29,531 bases of DNA from an uncultured Lentimicrobiaceae bacterium (GCA_964480685.1 CAYZQG010000001.1:1-29531); one strand, 5' to 3'. Positions 9,810 through 19,395 are shown, counted from the first letter of the stretch. Notes: generated from the sequence alone by a model not told the origin. Numbers and translations are program-made.

Positions 9810-10589
9810 ATGCAAAGTTTTTTTAAATATCACGGTGCCGGTAATGATTTTATTTTTATTTATAATATAAATAAATTATTTACAGACAGTTCTGCATATA
9901 TTCAAGCCTTATGTAACCGCCGAACCGGAATTGGAGCCGACGGACTTATCTTATTGAACCCTCCCCAAGAAAGCGATATTGATTTTGAAATGCGTTACTT
10001 CAATGCCGATGGCTTTGAAGGTACTATGTGCGGTAATGGCGGTCGCTGTGCCATTGCCTTTGCTCATAAACTTCAACTTATTAAAAATGAAGCTACTTTT
10101 AAAGGAATTGATGGTCTTCATACAGGAAAAATCATTGCCGAAAACGCTAATCAAGTCGAGGTTGTTTTAAAAATGAAAGATGTAAACGAAATCGTTTCAT
10201 ACAAAGACGGTTATTTTTTAGATACAGGCTCTCCTCATGTTGTGAAATTCGTGAAAGATGTTGAAAAAATGGATGTTATCACTGAAGGCAAACGCATTCG
10301 TCATCATACCGATTTTCCCCAAGGAACCAATGTGAATTTTGTGGAAATCAAGGAAAATTATTTATTTGTTCGCACTTTTGAACGTGGTGTAGAAGACGAA
10401 ACCTTATCGTGCGGAACCGGCGTAACTGCTTCTGCCCTCGCCTATTCGTTAATTCATCCCGTTTCCGAGGTTGAAGTAAAAACCTTGGGAGGTCAACTTA
10501 AAGTTACATTCCAACGTCAAAACAATGCCTTCAAGCATGTTTTTTTGCAAGGTCCGACTTGTTTTGTTTTTGAAGGATATCTTCCTTAA
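9810..10589 (+). CDS. dapF: Diaminopimelate epimerase
   Basis: KYHGAGNDF, GIGADG, MCGNGGRC, GSPH, NVNF and RTFERGVEDETLSCGTG. Confidence 0.97.
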   Translation: MQSFFKYHGAGNDFIFIYNINKLFTDSSAYIQALCNRRTGIGADGLILLNPPQESDIDFEMRYFNADGFEGTMCGNGGRCAIAFAHKLQLIKNEATFKGIDGLHTGKIIAENANQVEVVLKMKDVNEIVSYKDGYFLDTGSPHVVKFVKDVEKMDVITEGKRIRHHTDFPQGTNVNFVEIKENYLFVRTFERGVEDETLSCGTGVTASALAYSLIHPVSEVEVKTLGGQLKVTFQRQNNAFKHVFLQGPTCFVFEGYLP

Positions 10590-10602
10590 AACTATTAAAT
10601 AA

Positions 10603-10629
10603 AAAAGTGAACGATTTTCGCTCACTTTT
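10603..10629. terminator. Probable bidirectional intrinsic terminator between dapF and the convergent ABC operon
   Basis: AAAAGTGA-A-CG-ATTTT-CG-C-TCACTTTT inverted repeat with A/T tails. Confidence 0.7.
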
Positions 10630-10650
10630 AAATAAAAGTATCCTAACACT

Positions 10651-10881
10651 TTATTCTATACTATCGTATTTAATTTCAATTTTTGATGAATCGACATCTG
10701 AAATTTGAATATTCATTTGATTCATTATAGAATCATTTTGCTGAATTTTAGGCATTTCAAAAAGAAATTTATAAATACTACTATTACTTCCACCTCTTGT
10801 TATAATGGTTGCCGTAATAAAATTGGCAAATAAAATCACACATCCGCTTATAATTAAAATTTTATTCGTTAACTTTTTCAT
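10651..10881 (-). CDS. Small hypothetical protein with an N-terminal hydrophobic segment (last gene of the ABC/GntR operon)
   Basis: ATGA-type 4-nt overlap with the GntR stop. It has a basic N-terminus followed by a hydrophobic stretch. Confidence 0.65.
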   Translation of the reverse strand: MKKLTNKILIISGCVILFANFITATIITRGGSNSSIYKFLFEMPKIQQNDSIMNQMNIQISDVDSSKIEIKYDSIE

Positions 10882-11276
10882 TTTTGAATATTATTTTCGT
10901 TTAAATACTTATTTTGATTGTGTTTATATTCATTGTATTGTTGTTCGATTATAGTAAAACTAATATCAAGTAAAAGAATATTTTTTAGAAATACAGGCAA
11001 TTCTTCTTCCATAAATCGCTGTTTACGAAAGTCTTTAATTCGATTTACTGCTTCATTATCCACAAAAAAACCGATGCCTCTTTTGTTGTTTAAAATATTT
11101 TGTTTCAGTAATAAATCGTAGGTACGCATCACCGTATTCGGGTTAACTTCGAGTTGAACAGCCAATTCTCTTACCGATAAAACTCGTTCGTTTGTTTTCA
11201 AATTCCCGAATAAAATGCGATCACACACATAATCGGCTATTTGCAAATAGATAGCTTGCTTTTCTTTGAATTCCAT
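10878..11276 (-). CDS. GntR-family (YtrA subfamily) transcriptional regulator
   Basis: AIYLQIAD...SVRELAVQLEVNPNTVMRTY...KRGIGFFV with a short C-terminal domain. Confidence 0.95.
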   Translation of the reverse strand: MEFKEKQAIYLQIADYVCDRILFGNLKTNERVLSVRELAVQLEVNPNTVMRTYDLLLKQNILNNKRGIGFFVDNEAVNRIKDFRKQRFMEEELPVFLKNILLLDISFTIIEQQYNEYKHNQNKYLNENNIQK

Positions 11277-11277
11277 A

Positions 11278-11991
11278 TTATACCTCCGATTCTCTTAATC
11301 GTAAATAACTAAGAACCCAAAAGAAGCTAATAATTATAAATGAAAAAATGAATGGAATGTATTCCTTTATCCACAAAATATGGGGTGATTTCATATTAAT
11401 ATTATCAACTGTAAATAACAAATTTGTTGAATGATCAATATTTACATAAATAGTTATTATAAAAACAATTCCCATCATAAGTAGTGTACTAAAAATACTT
11501 ATTATCGTTTTTAATAAAGCGTTCTTTTTGAAATATATGGAACCAAACATTAAAATCGATTGAATAACAAAAATAAATAACATTTGATTTACATTAAACT
11601 GACTAAAATAAACGGACGATACGTTTAACAAATTCATATTCTTATTATATATAATAAAGGAAAGAATTTCTTTGAAAAGAACTCCGAAAAATAATGTTAA
11701 AACAAAAAGAAATGTCAAATAAATATAAATTAAAAATAGATTTACTGTAAATTTCTCAAAAGTGCTTGCCGGAATTAAAAAATAATGCGTATTTTGTTCA
11801 GTTTTTGAAAAATTATAAAAATAAGTTCCTGTAAAAATGCATAATACTATCACATAAATCGGCATTGCTACAGATAATAGCCCTAATATAAATATTGGAA
11901 CTAAAAAAAATACGTTAATTTTCCAATTTTCAACAAAATAACGCATTAATAAAAGTTTTACTCTTTGTAAAGAAAATGTTGTATTCATCAT
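11278..11991 (-). CDS. ABC transporter permease-like membrane protein
   Basis: About six hydrophobic segments and an IPASTFEKF motif, lying between the ATPase and GntR genes. Confidence 0.8.
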   Translation of the reverse strand: MMNTTFSLQRVKLLLMRYFVENWKINVFFLVPIFILGLLSVAMPIYVIVLCIFTGTYFYNFSKTEQNTHYFLIPASTFEKFTVNLFLIYIYLTFLFVLTLFFGVLFKEILSFIIYNKNMNLLNVSSVYFSQFNVNQMLFIFVIQSILMFGSIYFKKNALLKTIISIFSTLLMMGIVFIITIYVNIDHSTNLLFTVDNINMKSPHILWIKEYIPFIFSFIIISFFWVLSYLRLRESEV

Positions 11992-11995
11992 TCAA

Positions 11996-12841
11996 TTAAT
12001 TTTCGGGGTTAAAAATTTCTTTAATTTTTGATTTATTCACCATTACGGCATTGAAGAAAAGTTCCAAATCGAGTTTTGTTTCAATATGTTCGGTATTTTC
12101 GGCAACAATAGCCGAGCCTCGCAAATTATCTTCCGCATACAAAACAGTTGTTTCATCAACCGTAGTTTCCGTAAATTGAAAGACTAATTTTTCAGTAATA
12201 CGCTCATCGGTTTCATTGATCACAATTTCACCGTTTTCTAAGATTATCACCGAATCAATCAAACTATGCAAATCTCTAACTTGATGAGTAGAAATAATCA
12301 CCATTTTATCTTCGGTTGCTATCGATGCCATTATCCGACGAAACGTACTTTTTGAGGGAATATCCAAGCCGTTAGTAGGTTCATCTAACATCAAAATTTT
12401 TGTGTTACAAGCTAATGCGAAAGCTATCATTACCTTTTTCTTTTGACCTTGCGATAATTTGTTGATATAAGAACCATCATTTGCAACTTCAAATTCATGT
12501 AAGTAATGCTCAAATTGTTCCTTACTGAATTTCGGATAAAACGGAGCATAGACCGTTTCAAACTGTTTAATTTTTAAATTCGGAACAAAAATTTCTTCCG
12601 GGAGAAAATACAATTCACTCATCATTTCCGGTTTACGAAATTCGGCTTTACAATCCATTACCATTGTTGAACCTTTTTGCGGGAAAAGTAATCCTGCCAT
12701 AATTTTTAACAACGTAGTTTTTCCCGCTCCGTTTTTGCCCAACAGACCATAGATATGTCCTTCTTTTAAATCAAGACTTAGGTCTGAAAACAATTTTCGA
12801 TTTTTCTTATATGCAAAATCTATGTTTTTAATTTCTATCAT
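11996..12841 (-). CDS. ABC transporter ATP-binding protein
   Basis: Walker A GKNGAGKT, signature LSQGQ, Walker B LMLDEPT and H-loop STHQ. Confidence 0.96.
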   Translation of the reverse strand: MIEIKNIDFAYKKNRKLFSDLSLDLKEGHIYGLLGKNGAGKTTLLKIMAGLLFPQKGSTMVMDCKAEFRKPEMMSELYFLPEEIFVPNLKIKQFETVYAPFYPKFSKEQFEHYLHEFEVANDGSYINKLSQGQKKKVMIAFALACNTKILMLDEPTNGLDIPSKSTFRRIMASIATEDKMVIISTHQVRDLHSLIDSVIILENGEIVINETDERITEKLVFQFTETTVDETTVLYAEDNLRGSAIVAENTEHIETKLDLELFFNAVMVNKSKIKEIFNPEN

Positions 12842-12859
12842 GTCGGTTAATTTTTAAAT

Positions 12860-12883
12860 AGTGTGTTAGTTTATTAGTACACT
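12860..12883. promoter_or_regulatory. Candidate YtrA/GntR operator AGTGTG-N12-TACACT
   Basis: Near-palindrome immediately downstream of the operon's -7 element. It resembles the AGTGTA-N13-TACACT YtrA box. Confidence 0.7.
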
Positions 12884-12884
12884 G

Positions 12885-12892
12885 CAAAAGTA
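12885..12892 (-). promoter_or_regulatory. -7 element (TACTTTTG) for the ABC/GntR operon
   Basis: Exact TAnnTTTG match 44 nt upstream of ATG 12841. Confidence 0.7.
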
Positions 12893-13168
12893 TAATCTTA
12901 TTTTTACTAATTTACATACATTTTAAAATTTTTTATCCTTGATTTTTAGCTAATTAAATATCAATGCGAAATATTCATCGTTTTTACATATTTTTTTTGG
13001 AAGGATTTACGTATAAAAATAAAAAACACGTATTAAAATTGATTTAAAACAAGAGAAAAAATACAAATTTAAAGCGAGAAAATAACATAAAAACAATTTA
13101 ATTTTACTGATATACAATATATTAAAAAATAATTAAAAACAAATTTAATTCTTTGTATTAATATAATG

Positions 13169-13176
13169 TACTTTTG
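13169..13176 (+). promoter_or_regulatory. -7 element (TACTTTTG) for the topA unit
   Basis: Exact match. It overlaps the ORF-track start at 13174, which supports the later ATG. Confidence 0.7.
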
Positions 13177-13206
13177 CAGCAAATTTTAAAGATAAAAATT
13201 CCATAC

Positions 13207-15681
13207 ATGAGTAAGAACTTAGTCATCGTAGAATCACCGGCGAAAGCAAAAACGATAGAACGTTTTTTAGGAAAAGAATTTACCGTAAAGTCGTCCATGG
13301 GACATGTAAGAGATTTGCCGGAAAAACAATTGGGTATAGACATAAAAAACGATTTTGAGCCGAATTATGTTTTGCTTCCAAATAAATCAAAGATTATCAA
13401 TGAATTGAAAGAAGCCATCAAAGAAGCGGAAGTCATTTGGCTTGCTACTGATGAGGACCGTGAAGGAGAAGCTATTTCCTGGCATTTATTAAAAACCTTA
13501 AATATCCGAGAAGAACAAACCAAGCGAATTGTTTTTCATGAAATCACAGAAAATGCGATTTTAAATGCCATTAAAACACCTCGCTCATTAAACATCGATT
13601 TGGTTAATGCACAACAAGCACGAAGAGTATTAGACCGTTTAGTAGGTTTTGAACTATCGCCATTACTTTGGAAAAAGGTAAAACCATCGCTTTCTGCAGG
13701 TCGTGTTCAATCGGTTACTGTACGGCTAATTGTTGAACGAGAAAAAGAAATCAACCAATTCAATTCCACTCCTTTATATAAAGTTTATGCAAAATTTATA
13801 GGCGATACGGATACCATTATTCAAGCAGAATTAAACACCCGTTTTAAAACGCAGGAAGAAGCCGAAGCATTTCTTGAAAAATGTAAAAATGCCTTATTTG
13901 TTATCCATTCCGTTGAAAAACAACCGGCAAAAAAGACACCCGCTCCCCCATTCACCACATCAACACTGCAACAAGAAGCAGCTCGAAAGCTTAATTTTAC
14001 GGTTGCCAAAACCATGTTAGTAGCTCAACAGCTCTACGAATCGGGACATATTACCTATATGCGTACCGACTCTGTTAATTTGTCGGAATTGGCATTAGCC
14101 ACGGCTAAAAAAGAAATCACCGAAATTTACGGAAAAGAATATGCTAAAACTCGAAAATATCAAACCAAATCAAAAGGAGCACAAGAAGCACACGAAGCCA
14201 TACGACCAACCTATATCAACAAACACAGTATTCAAGCCGGTGATACAGCACAAGAACGTCTTTATGATTTGATTTGGAAACGTACTATTGCTTCTCAAAT
14301 GAGTGATGCCGAAATAGAGAGAACAACAGTAACTATTGATATTTCAACAACCAACGAAAAATTTGCTGCCATTGGTGAAGTTTTACTTTTCGACGGTTTT
14401 TTAAAAGTATATATTGAATCGGACGATGATATTGAAGAAGAAAGCACATCGATTAAACTTCCTACTTTAGTTCAAGGTAAATTATTAGAGATGGATCAAA
14501 TACAAGCTATTGAAAAATATGCTCAACAACCTTATCGTTATACTGAAGCGAGTTTGGTTCGTAAACTCGAAGAATTAGGGATTGGTCGTCCTTCTACCTA
14601 TGCCCCTATTATTTCCACCATTCAGAAAAGACAATACGTAATAAAAGGAAATAAAGACGGTTTTGAACGTGATTATAAAACACTTACGCTTAAAAAAGAC
14701 AAAATTACCACATTAATTAAAAAAGAAAAAGTAGGTTTTGAAAAAAACAAACTCATGCCAACCGATATTGGAAATGTAGTTAATAACTTTCTAATGATGT
14801 ATTTTCAAGACATTATGAATTATAATTTTACGGCCGGTGTTGAAAAAGAATTCGATGAGATAGCACAAGGCAATATCGAATGGAAAAAAATGATTCGCGA
14901 TTTTTACGAAATTTTTCATAAACAAGTACAAACAACCATGGAAACTTCCGAAAAAGCAAGCGGTGAACGTTTGCTTGGCATAGACCCTGTTTCCGGAAAA
15001 AATATTTTTGCCAAATTAGCACGTTTTGGTCCTGTAGTTCAAATTGGAAATTCCAATTCAAAGGACGAACTAAAATTCGCCAAATTATTACAAAGTCAAA
15101 GCATTGAGACTATTACTATTAATGAAGCACTTGATTTATTTAAACTACCACGAACAGTTGGTATGTATGAAAATGAAGAATTGGTAGTAAATATAGGTAA
15201 ATTCGGACCTTATGTTCGGTATCAAGGAAAATTCTATTCCGTTCCGAAAACAGAAAATCTGTTAGAAATTACCATTGAGCGTTGTTTGGAAATTATTAGT
15301 AAAAAAATCGAGACCGATAAAGCCAAAGCACCGATAGTAATTGGCACATATAACGAAAATGAAATTTCGGCTGCAATTGGAAGATTTGGACCTTATCTCT
15401 TGTGTAATAAACATTTCTACAAAATACCTTCCGGTTTTGACATCCATTCCGTTTCGCTGGATGAAGCCATTAAAATCATTAAAGAAGCCGAAGATAAAAA
15501 TACATTAAAAGGTTTTCCTCAGGATACCAGTCTACGAATTGTTAAAGGGAAAACAGGTCCTTATTTAACAGATGGAAAAAGTAATTATCGTTTACCGAAA
15601 GATAAAAAATACGATGAATTCACGTATGAAGATTGTTTACAAATTATAAAGGAAAGCACATCAAAGAGCAAAAAAAAATAA
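13207..15681 (+). CDS. topA: DNA topoisomerase I (type IA) with Cys-free C-terminal repeats; start corrected to MSKNLVIVESPAKAK
   Basis: Toprim ESPAKAK...ATDEDREGE, SAGRVQS, active site ITYMRTDS, AQEAHEAIRPT and GIGRPSTY. Four G(R/K)(F/T)GP(Y/V) C-terminal repeats. Confidence 0.97.
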   Translation: MSKNLVIVESPAKAKTIERFLGKEFTVKSSMGHVRDLPEKQLGIDIKNDFEPNYVLLPNKSKIINELKEAIKEAEVIWLATDEDREGEAISWHLLKTLNIREEQTKRIVFHEITENAILNAIKTPRSLNIDLVNAQQARRVLDRLVGFELSPLLWKKVKPSLSAGRVQSVTVRLIVEREKEINQFNSTPLYKVYAKFIGDTDTIIQAELNTRFKTQEEAEAFLEKCKNALFVIHSVEKQPAKKTPAPPFTTSTLQQEAARKLNFTVAKTMLVAQQLYESGHITYMRTDSVNLSELALATAKKEITEIYGKEYAKTRKYQTKSKGAQEAHEAIRPTYINKHSIQAGDTAQERLYDLIWKRTIASQMSDAEIERTTVTIDISTTNEKFAAIGEVLLFDGFLKVYIESDDDIEEESTSIKLPTLVQGKLLEMDQIQAIEKYAQQPYRYTEASLVRKLEELGIGRPSTYAPIISTIQKRQYVIKGNKDGFERDYKTLTLKKDKITTLIKKEKVGFEKNKLMPTDIGNVVNNFLMMYFQDIMNYNFTAGVEKEFDEIAQGNIEWKKMIRDFYEIFHKQVQTTMETSEKASGERLLGIDPVSGKNIFAKLARFGPVVQIGNSNSKDELKFAKLLQSQSIETITINEALDLFKLPRTVGMYENEELVVNIGKFGPYVRYQGKFYSVPKTENLLEITIERCLEIISKKIETDKAKAPIVIGTYNENEISAAIGRFGPYLLCNKHFYKIPSGFDIHSVSLDEAIKIIKEAEDKNTLKGFPQDTSLRIVKGKTGPYLTDGKSNYRLPKDKKYDEFTYEDCLQIIKESTSKSKKK

Positions 15682-15693
15682 GTTAATTCATCT

Positions 15694-16875
15694 ATGGATA
15701 TTAAAAATTATTTCAAGCCTGTATCTCCCGAAGAATTGGATTTCTTTTCATCAGAGCAACCAAGTAATCTATTGGGCGACAATATTTTAATTCACACAGA
15801 GAAACAAGGTTTTCCACAAGTTGAAACTTGTAAAATTGCTATTTTCGGTGTTTCGGAAGAAAAAAATGCGTTTAACAATATGGGATGTTCGGAAGCTCCG
15901 GATGAGATCAGGAAACAATTCTATCAGCTTTTTAAACACAACAACATGCCTCCTATTGTTGATTTGGGAAACTTCAAAATCGGCAAAACCGCTAACGACA
16001 CCTATATTGCCCTTAGTGAAATATTAAGCACCTTGATTGAAGCAGGTATTACACCGATCATTCTTGGTGGCAGTCAAGATTTAACGTATGCAAATTATTG
16101 TGCGTATGAACAATTAAATCAAACTATCAATATTGTTTCGATTGATTCAAAATTTGATATTGGAAATGAAAATAAATTGTTTAAATCAAACAGTTATCTT
16201 TACAAAATAATCTTAAAACAACCCAATTATTTATTCAATTACAGCAATATCGGATTTCAAAGCTATTTAGTTGACAATGATGAAATTGTTTTAATGGATA
16301 AATTGTATTTCGATGCTTATCGCTTAGGTTTGGCACAAGAAGATATAATTGACTGTGAACCCATTATTCGAAATGCAGATATGCTTAGCTTAGATATGTG
16401 TGCACTTCGATTTTCCGACTCTCCGGGATGCAAACATGTTTCGCCCAATGGATTTACCGGCAAGGAAATTTGTCAATTAGCACGTTATGCCGGAGGAAAC
16501 ACAAAACTGACTTCTTTCGGAATTTACGAATATAATCCATCTTATGATATTGCCAATCAAAGTGCTAAACTAATTTCTCAAATAATTTGGTATTTTATCG
16601 ACGGATATAGTATGCGTCAAAATGATGCACCGGATATTATTAAGAAAAATTTCTATAAATATTTTGTTTCTTTACATGACAATGCGTATGAAATTATTTT
16701 TTATAAGAGTAAAATAAGCGGACTTTGGTGGATGGAAATACCTTGTGAAAACAAAAATCCAAAATTCAGTCGTCATTATATAGTTCCCTGCACTCTGAAA
16801 GATTATGAAACAGCTTGTAAAAATGAAATTCCGGAAAGGTGGTTACAAACTTACAAAAAGATAAAAATCAAATAA
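15694..16875 (+). CDS. Arginase/formimidoylglutamase-fold protein with degenerate metal-binding motifs
   Basis: Ureohydrolase fold motifs present but altered: ILGGSQD, SIDSKFD, SLDMCAL, SPNGFTG and YEYNP. Confidence 0.82.
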   Translation: MDIKNYFKPVSPEELDFFSSEQPSNLLGDNILIHTEKQGFPQVETCKIAIFGVSEEKNAFNNMGCSEAPDEIRKQFYQLFKHNNMPPIVDLGNFKIGKTANDTYIALSEILSTLIEAGITPIILGGSQDLTYANYCAYEQLNQTINIVSIDSKFDIGNENKLFKSNSYLYKIILKQPNYLFNYSNIGFQSYLVDNDEIVLMDKLYFDAYRLGLAQEDIIDCEPIIRNADMLSLDMCALRFSDSPGCKHVSPNGFTGKEICQLARYAGGNTKLTSFGIYEYNPSYDIANQSAKLISQIIWYFIDGYSMRQNDAPDIIKKNFYKYFVSLHDNAYEIIFYKSKISGLWWMEIPCENKNPKFSRHYIVPCTLKDYETACKNEIPERWLQTYKKIKIK

Positions 16876-18387
16876 ATGCCTCTCATTAACCCACTATTAA
16901 AAACATATTTTCAATCGAAAAACAACAATATACAAAAAATTGTTGAAGAACCTTTTCGCTGTCAAAATAAATGTTTTCAATATTTAATACATGCAGCAAA
17001 TAATACAGAATGGGGAAAAAAATATGATTATAAAAAGATTCAATCACACAAAGATTATTGCGAGAAAGTCCCAATAAACTCTTATGAATCAATCTATCCA
17101 TATATTGAAAGAGCCATAAAAGGGGAATCAAATATTTTATGGAGAGGAAAAACCCGTATGTTTTCCAAATCATCGGGAACAAGTGGCAGTAAAAGCAAAT
17201 TCATACCTGTTACATTAGAATCCTTGATTGATTGTAATTTTAAAGGAGGCAAAGAAAGTCTATCGTTATATGTTAAAAACAGACCCGATACACGGTTATT
17301 TTCAGGGCAAACACTTTCATTAACCGGTTCTTTGCGAGAATCGGAAATCAATACAAAAGTAGTCTGCGGTGATGTGTCGGCTATTTTAATTAAGTATATA
17401 CCCGATTGGGCAAATAAACTACGAACGCCTCCTAAAAACATAGCACTGCTGCCCAATTGGGATGAAAAATTAGAATTATTTGCAAATTATACTAAAAAAC
17501 AAAATATTACGGCTTTAGCGGGTGTTCCTTCTTGGATTTTAGTTATTTTAAAACGTATTATGGAAATTGAACAAATAAATACCTTAACTACTATATGGCC
17601 TAACCTTGAATTGTTTATGCACGGAGGCGTAAACTTCTGTCCTTATTTACCACAATTTAAAGCTATTACAAATAACGACCAACTTTGGTACTGGCAAATA
17701 TACAATGCTTCCGAAGGGTATTTTGCTACGCAAGATCTCCCCAACAGCGACGACATGCTTCTGCTTCTCAACAATGGTGTTTTCTTTGAATTCATTTCTC
17801 TATCCGATTATATGAATGATAAATATGAAGCCATTGATTTAGAACAAGTAAAAACAGGCATTAATTATGTAATGCTTATTTCAACAAATGCCGGTTTGTG
17901 GAGATATATTATCGGAGATGTTATTCGATTCACATCCACAAATCCGTATCGTATTATCATTACAGGACGTACTACGCACTATATTAATGCGTTCGGAGAA
18001 GAATTGATTATTGATAATGTAGAAAAAGCATTAGCTGCAACATGTAAACAAACAAAATCTATCGTTACCGAATATACGGCTGCTCCGATATATTTTCAAA
18101 ACAATGAACAAGCTTCTCATGAATGGTTAATTGAATTTAAAAAAACTCCGGAGAATTTAGATGTTTTTACAACTATATTAGACATGGAATTGATGAAACT
18201 CAATTCCGATTACGAAGCCAAGCGTTCTTTCGATCTATTACTAAATAAACCCATTATTCGTGCAGTTCCTGAAGGTACATTCTTGAAATGGATGTCGGCA
18301 AAAGGTAAATTGGGTGGTCAATTTAAAGTAACACGTCTTTCCAATAACCGAACTATTATTGAAGAAATTAAAAAAACAATAGGTTAA
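16876..18387 (+). CDS. GH3 (acyl-acid amido synthetase, 'auxin-responsive promoter') family protein
   Basis: SSGTSGSKSKFIP P-loop, YNASEG, WRYIIGD, GRT and GGQFKVTRL. It starts directly after the upstream stop (TAAATG). Confidence 0.92.
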   Translation: MPLINPLLKTYFQSKNNNIQKIVEEPFRCQNKCFQYLIHAANNTEWGKKYDYKKIQSHKDYCEKVPINSYESIYPYIERAIKGESNILWRGKTRMFSKSSGTSGSKSKFIPVTLESLIDCNFKGGKESLSLYVKNRPDTRLFSGQTLSLTGSLRESEINTKVVCGDVSAILIKYIPDWANKLRTPPKNIALLPNWDEKLELFANYTKKQNITALAGVPSWILVILKRIMEIEQINTLTTIWPNLELFMHGGVNFCPYLPQFKAITNNDQLWYWQIYNASEGYFATQDLPNSDDMLLLLNNGVFFEFISLSDYMNDKYEAIDLEQVKTGINYVMLISTNAGLWRYIIGDVIRFTSTNPYRIIITGRTTHYINAFGEELIIDNVEKALAATCKQTKSIVTEYTAAPIYFQNNEQASHEWLIEFKKTPENLDVFTTILDMELMKLNSDYEAKRSFDLLLNKPIIRAVPEGTFLKWMSAKGKLGGQFKVTRLSNNRTIIEEIKKTIG

Positions 18388-18417
18388 TTTATTTATTTTC
18401 AAAATACTATAAAAAGA

Positions 18418-18455
18418 AAAAATCACAACTCATTTATTTACAAGTTGTGATTTTT
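18418..18455. terminator. Probable bidirectional terminator between the GH3 and RRM genes
   Basis: Perfect 13-bp inverted repeat AAAAATCACAACT...AGTTGTGATTTTT with a 12-nt loop. Confidence 0.75.
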
Positions 18456-18474
18456 AGATACTAAAACAACACGA

Positions 18475-18798
18475 TTAATAACTTCTATTTCCCCTTGGTG
18501 ATTGTCCTCTTCTTTTGTTACCGCCATCAAATGATGATGATGATCTGTTATTTTCAGTTCTTTCGCGAGCTTCATTAACAACGATAGTACGATGATCAAC
18601 TTCTGCTCCGTTTAATTCTTGAATAGCACGTTTTGCTTCTTCATCGTTAGCCATTTCCACAAAACCAAAACCTTTGCTTCTGCCTGTAAATTTGTCTGTG
18701 ATGATTTTCGCTGATGATACTTCTCCGTATTCTTCAAATACTTCTCTTAATTCGCCTTCCTTAATTGTAAAAGGTAAGCTTCCAATAAAAATGTTCAT
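18475..18798 (-). CDS. RRM-domain RNA-binding protein (Bacteroides Rbp-like)
   Basis: RNP2 IFIGSL and RNP1 KGFGFVEM, with a Gly/Arg/Ser-rich tail. Confidence 0.95.
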   Translation of the reverse strand: MNIFIGSLPFTIKEGELREVFEEYGEVSSAKIITDKFTGRSKGFGFVEMANDEEAKRAIQELNGAEVDHRTIVVNEARERTENNRSSSSFDGGNKRRGQSPRGNRSY

Positions 18799-18828
18799 TA
18801 TGATTAAAATATATTAAAATTATGAAAG

Positions 18829-18836
18829 CAAAAGTA
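18829..18836 (-). promoter_or_regulatory. -7 element (TACTTTTG) for the RRM gene
   Basis: Exact match about 31 nt upstream of the ATG. Confidence 0.7.
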
Positions 18837-19339
18837 CATTTAAAATCAAACACTAGATCAAATTCTTAGAATATTATATATAATAAATTGATATTCAACT
18901 TATTTATTTTAAAAAATCTTATTTTCAATAGGTTTTTCAACCCTTTATTACAGGATATTTAGTTCGGAAAATCAATAAATAAGTTATGTTTTGGCATCAA
19001 AACATGTAGTTTATCATAATTTATTTATTTATTATTTATTTAAAACAACTTAATTTAAATGAAATTATTTCTATTTTTGCAAAAAATAATTTATAATCTA
19101 TAGTTTTGATAGTGTGAAAAAATATTTTCACTTATTAGTTTTAGTCCTATTTTACATTACCATGAGGAATGGTCAAACGCCACAAACCTACTTATACGCT
19201 TTATAAGACACTCACCATTTGAATATGGATGTTTTTCAACCTTTAAATCAACGAGACGATAAGACCAACAGTCTATGTGTTTGAAAAAAAATAATAATAA
19301 TTTAACAAATTAAATCTAATTTGTATTCATTTTATTCAT

Positions 19340-19347
19340 TAACTTTG
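19340..19347 (+). promoter_or_regulatory. -7 element (TAACTTTG) for the C10 peptidase
   Basis: Exact match 48 nt before ATG 19396. Confidence 0.6.
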
Positions 19348-19395
19348 TAAAATAAATTCAATACAAAATAAAATAATTAATAACATACAAATCAA

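Noticed and set aside
12893-13168. Very AT-rich spacer between the ABC operon and topA as a hidden ncRNA or origin
   Set aside because: No stable structure, iterons, DnaA-box cluster or ORF seen. It is consistent with divergent promoter upstream regions.
14990-15681. Repeated G.FGPY units in the TopA tail as a novelty
   Set aside because: Known Cys-free C-terminal repeat type of topoisomerase I in Bacteroidota and other phyla.
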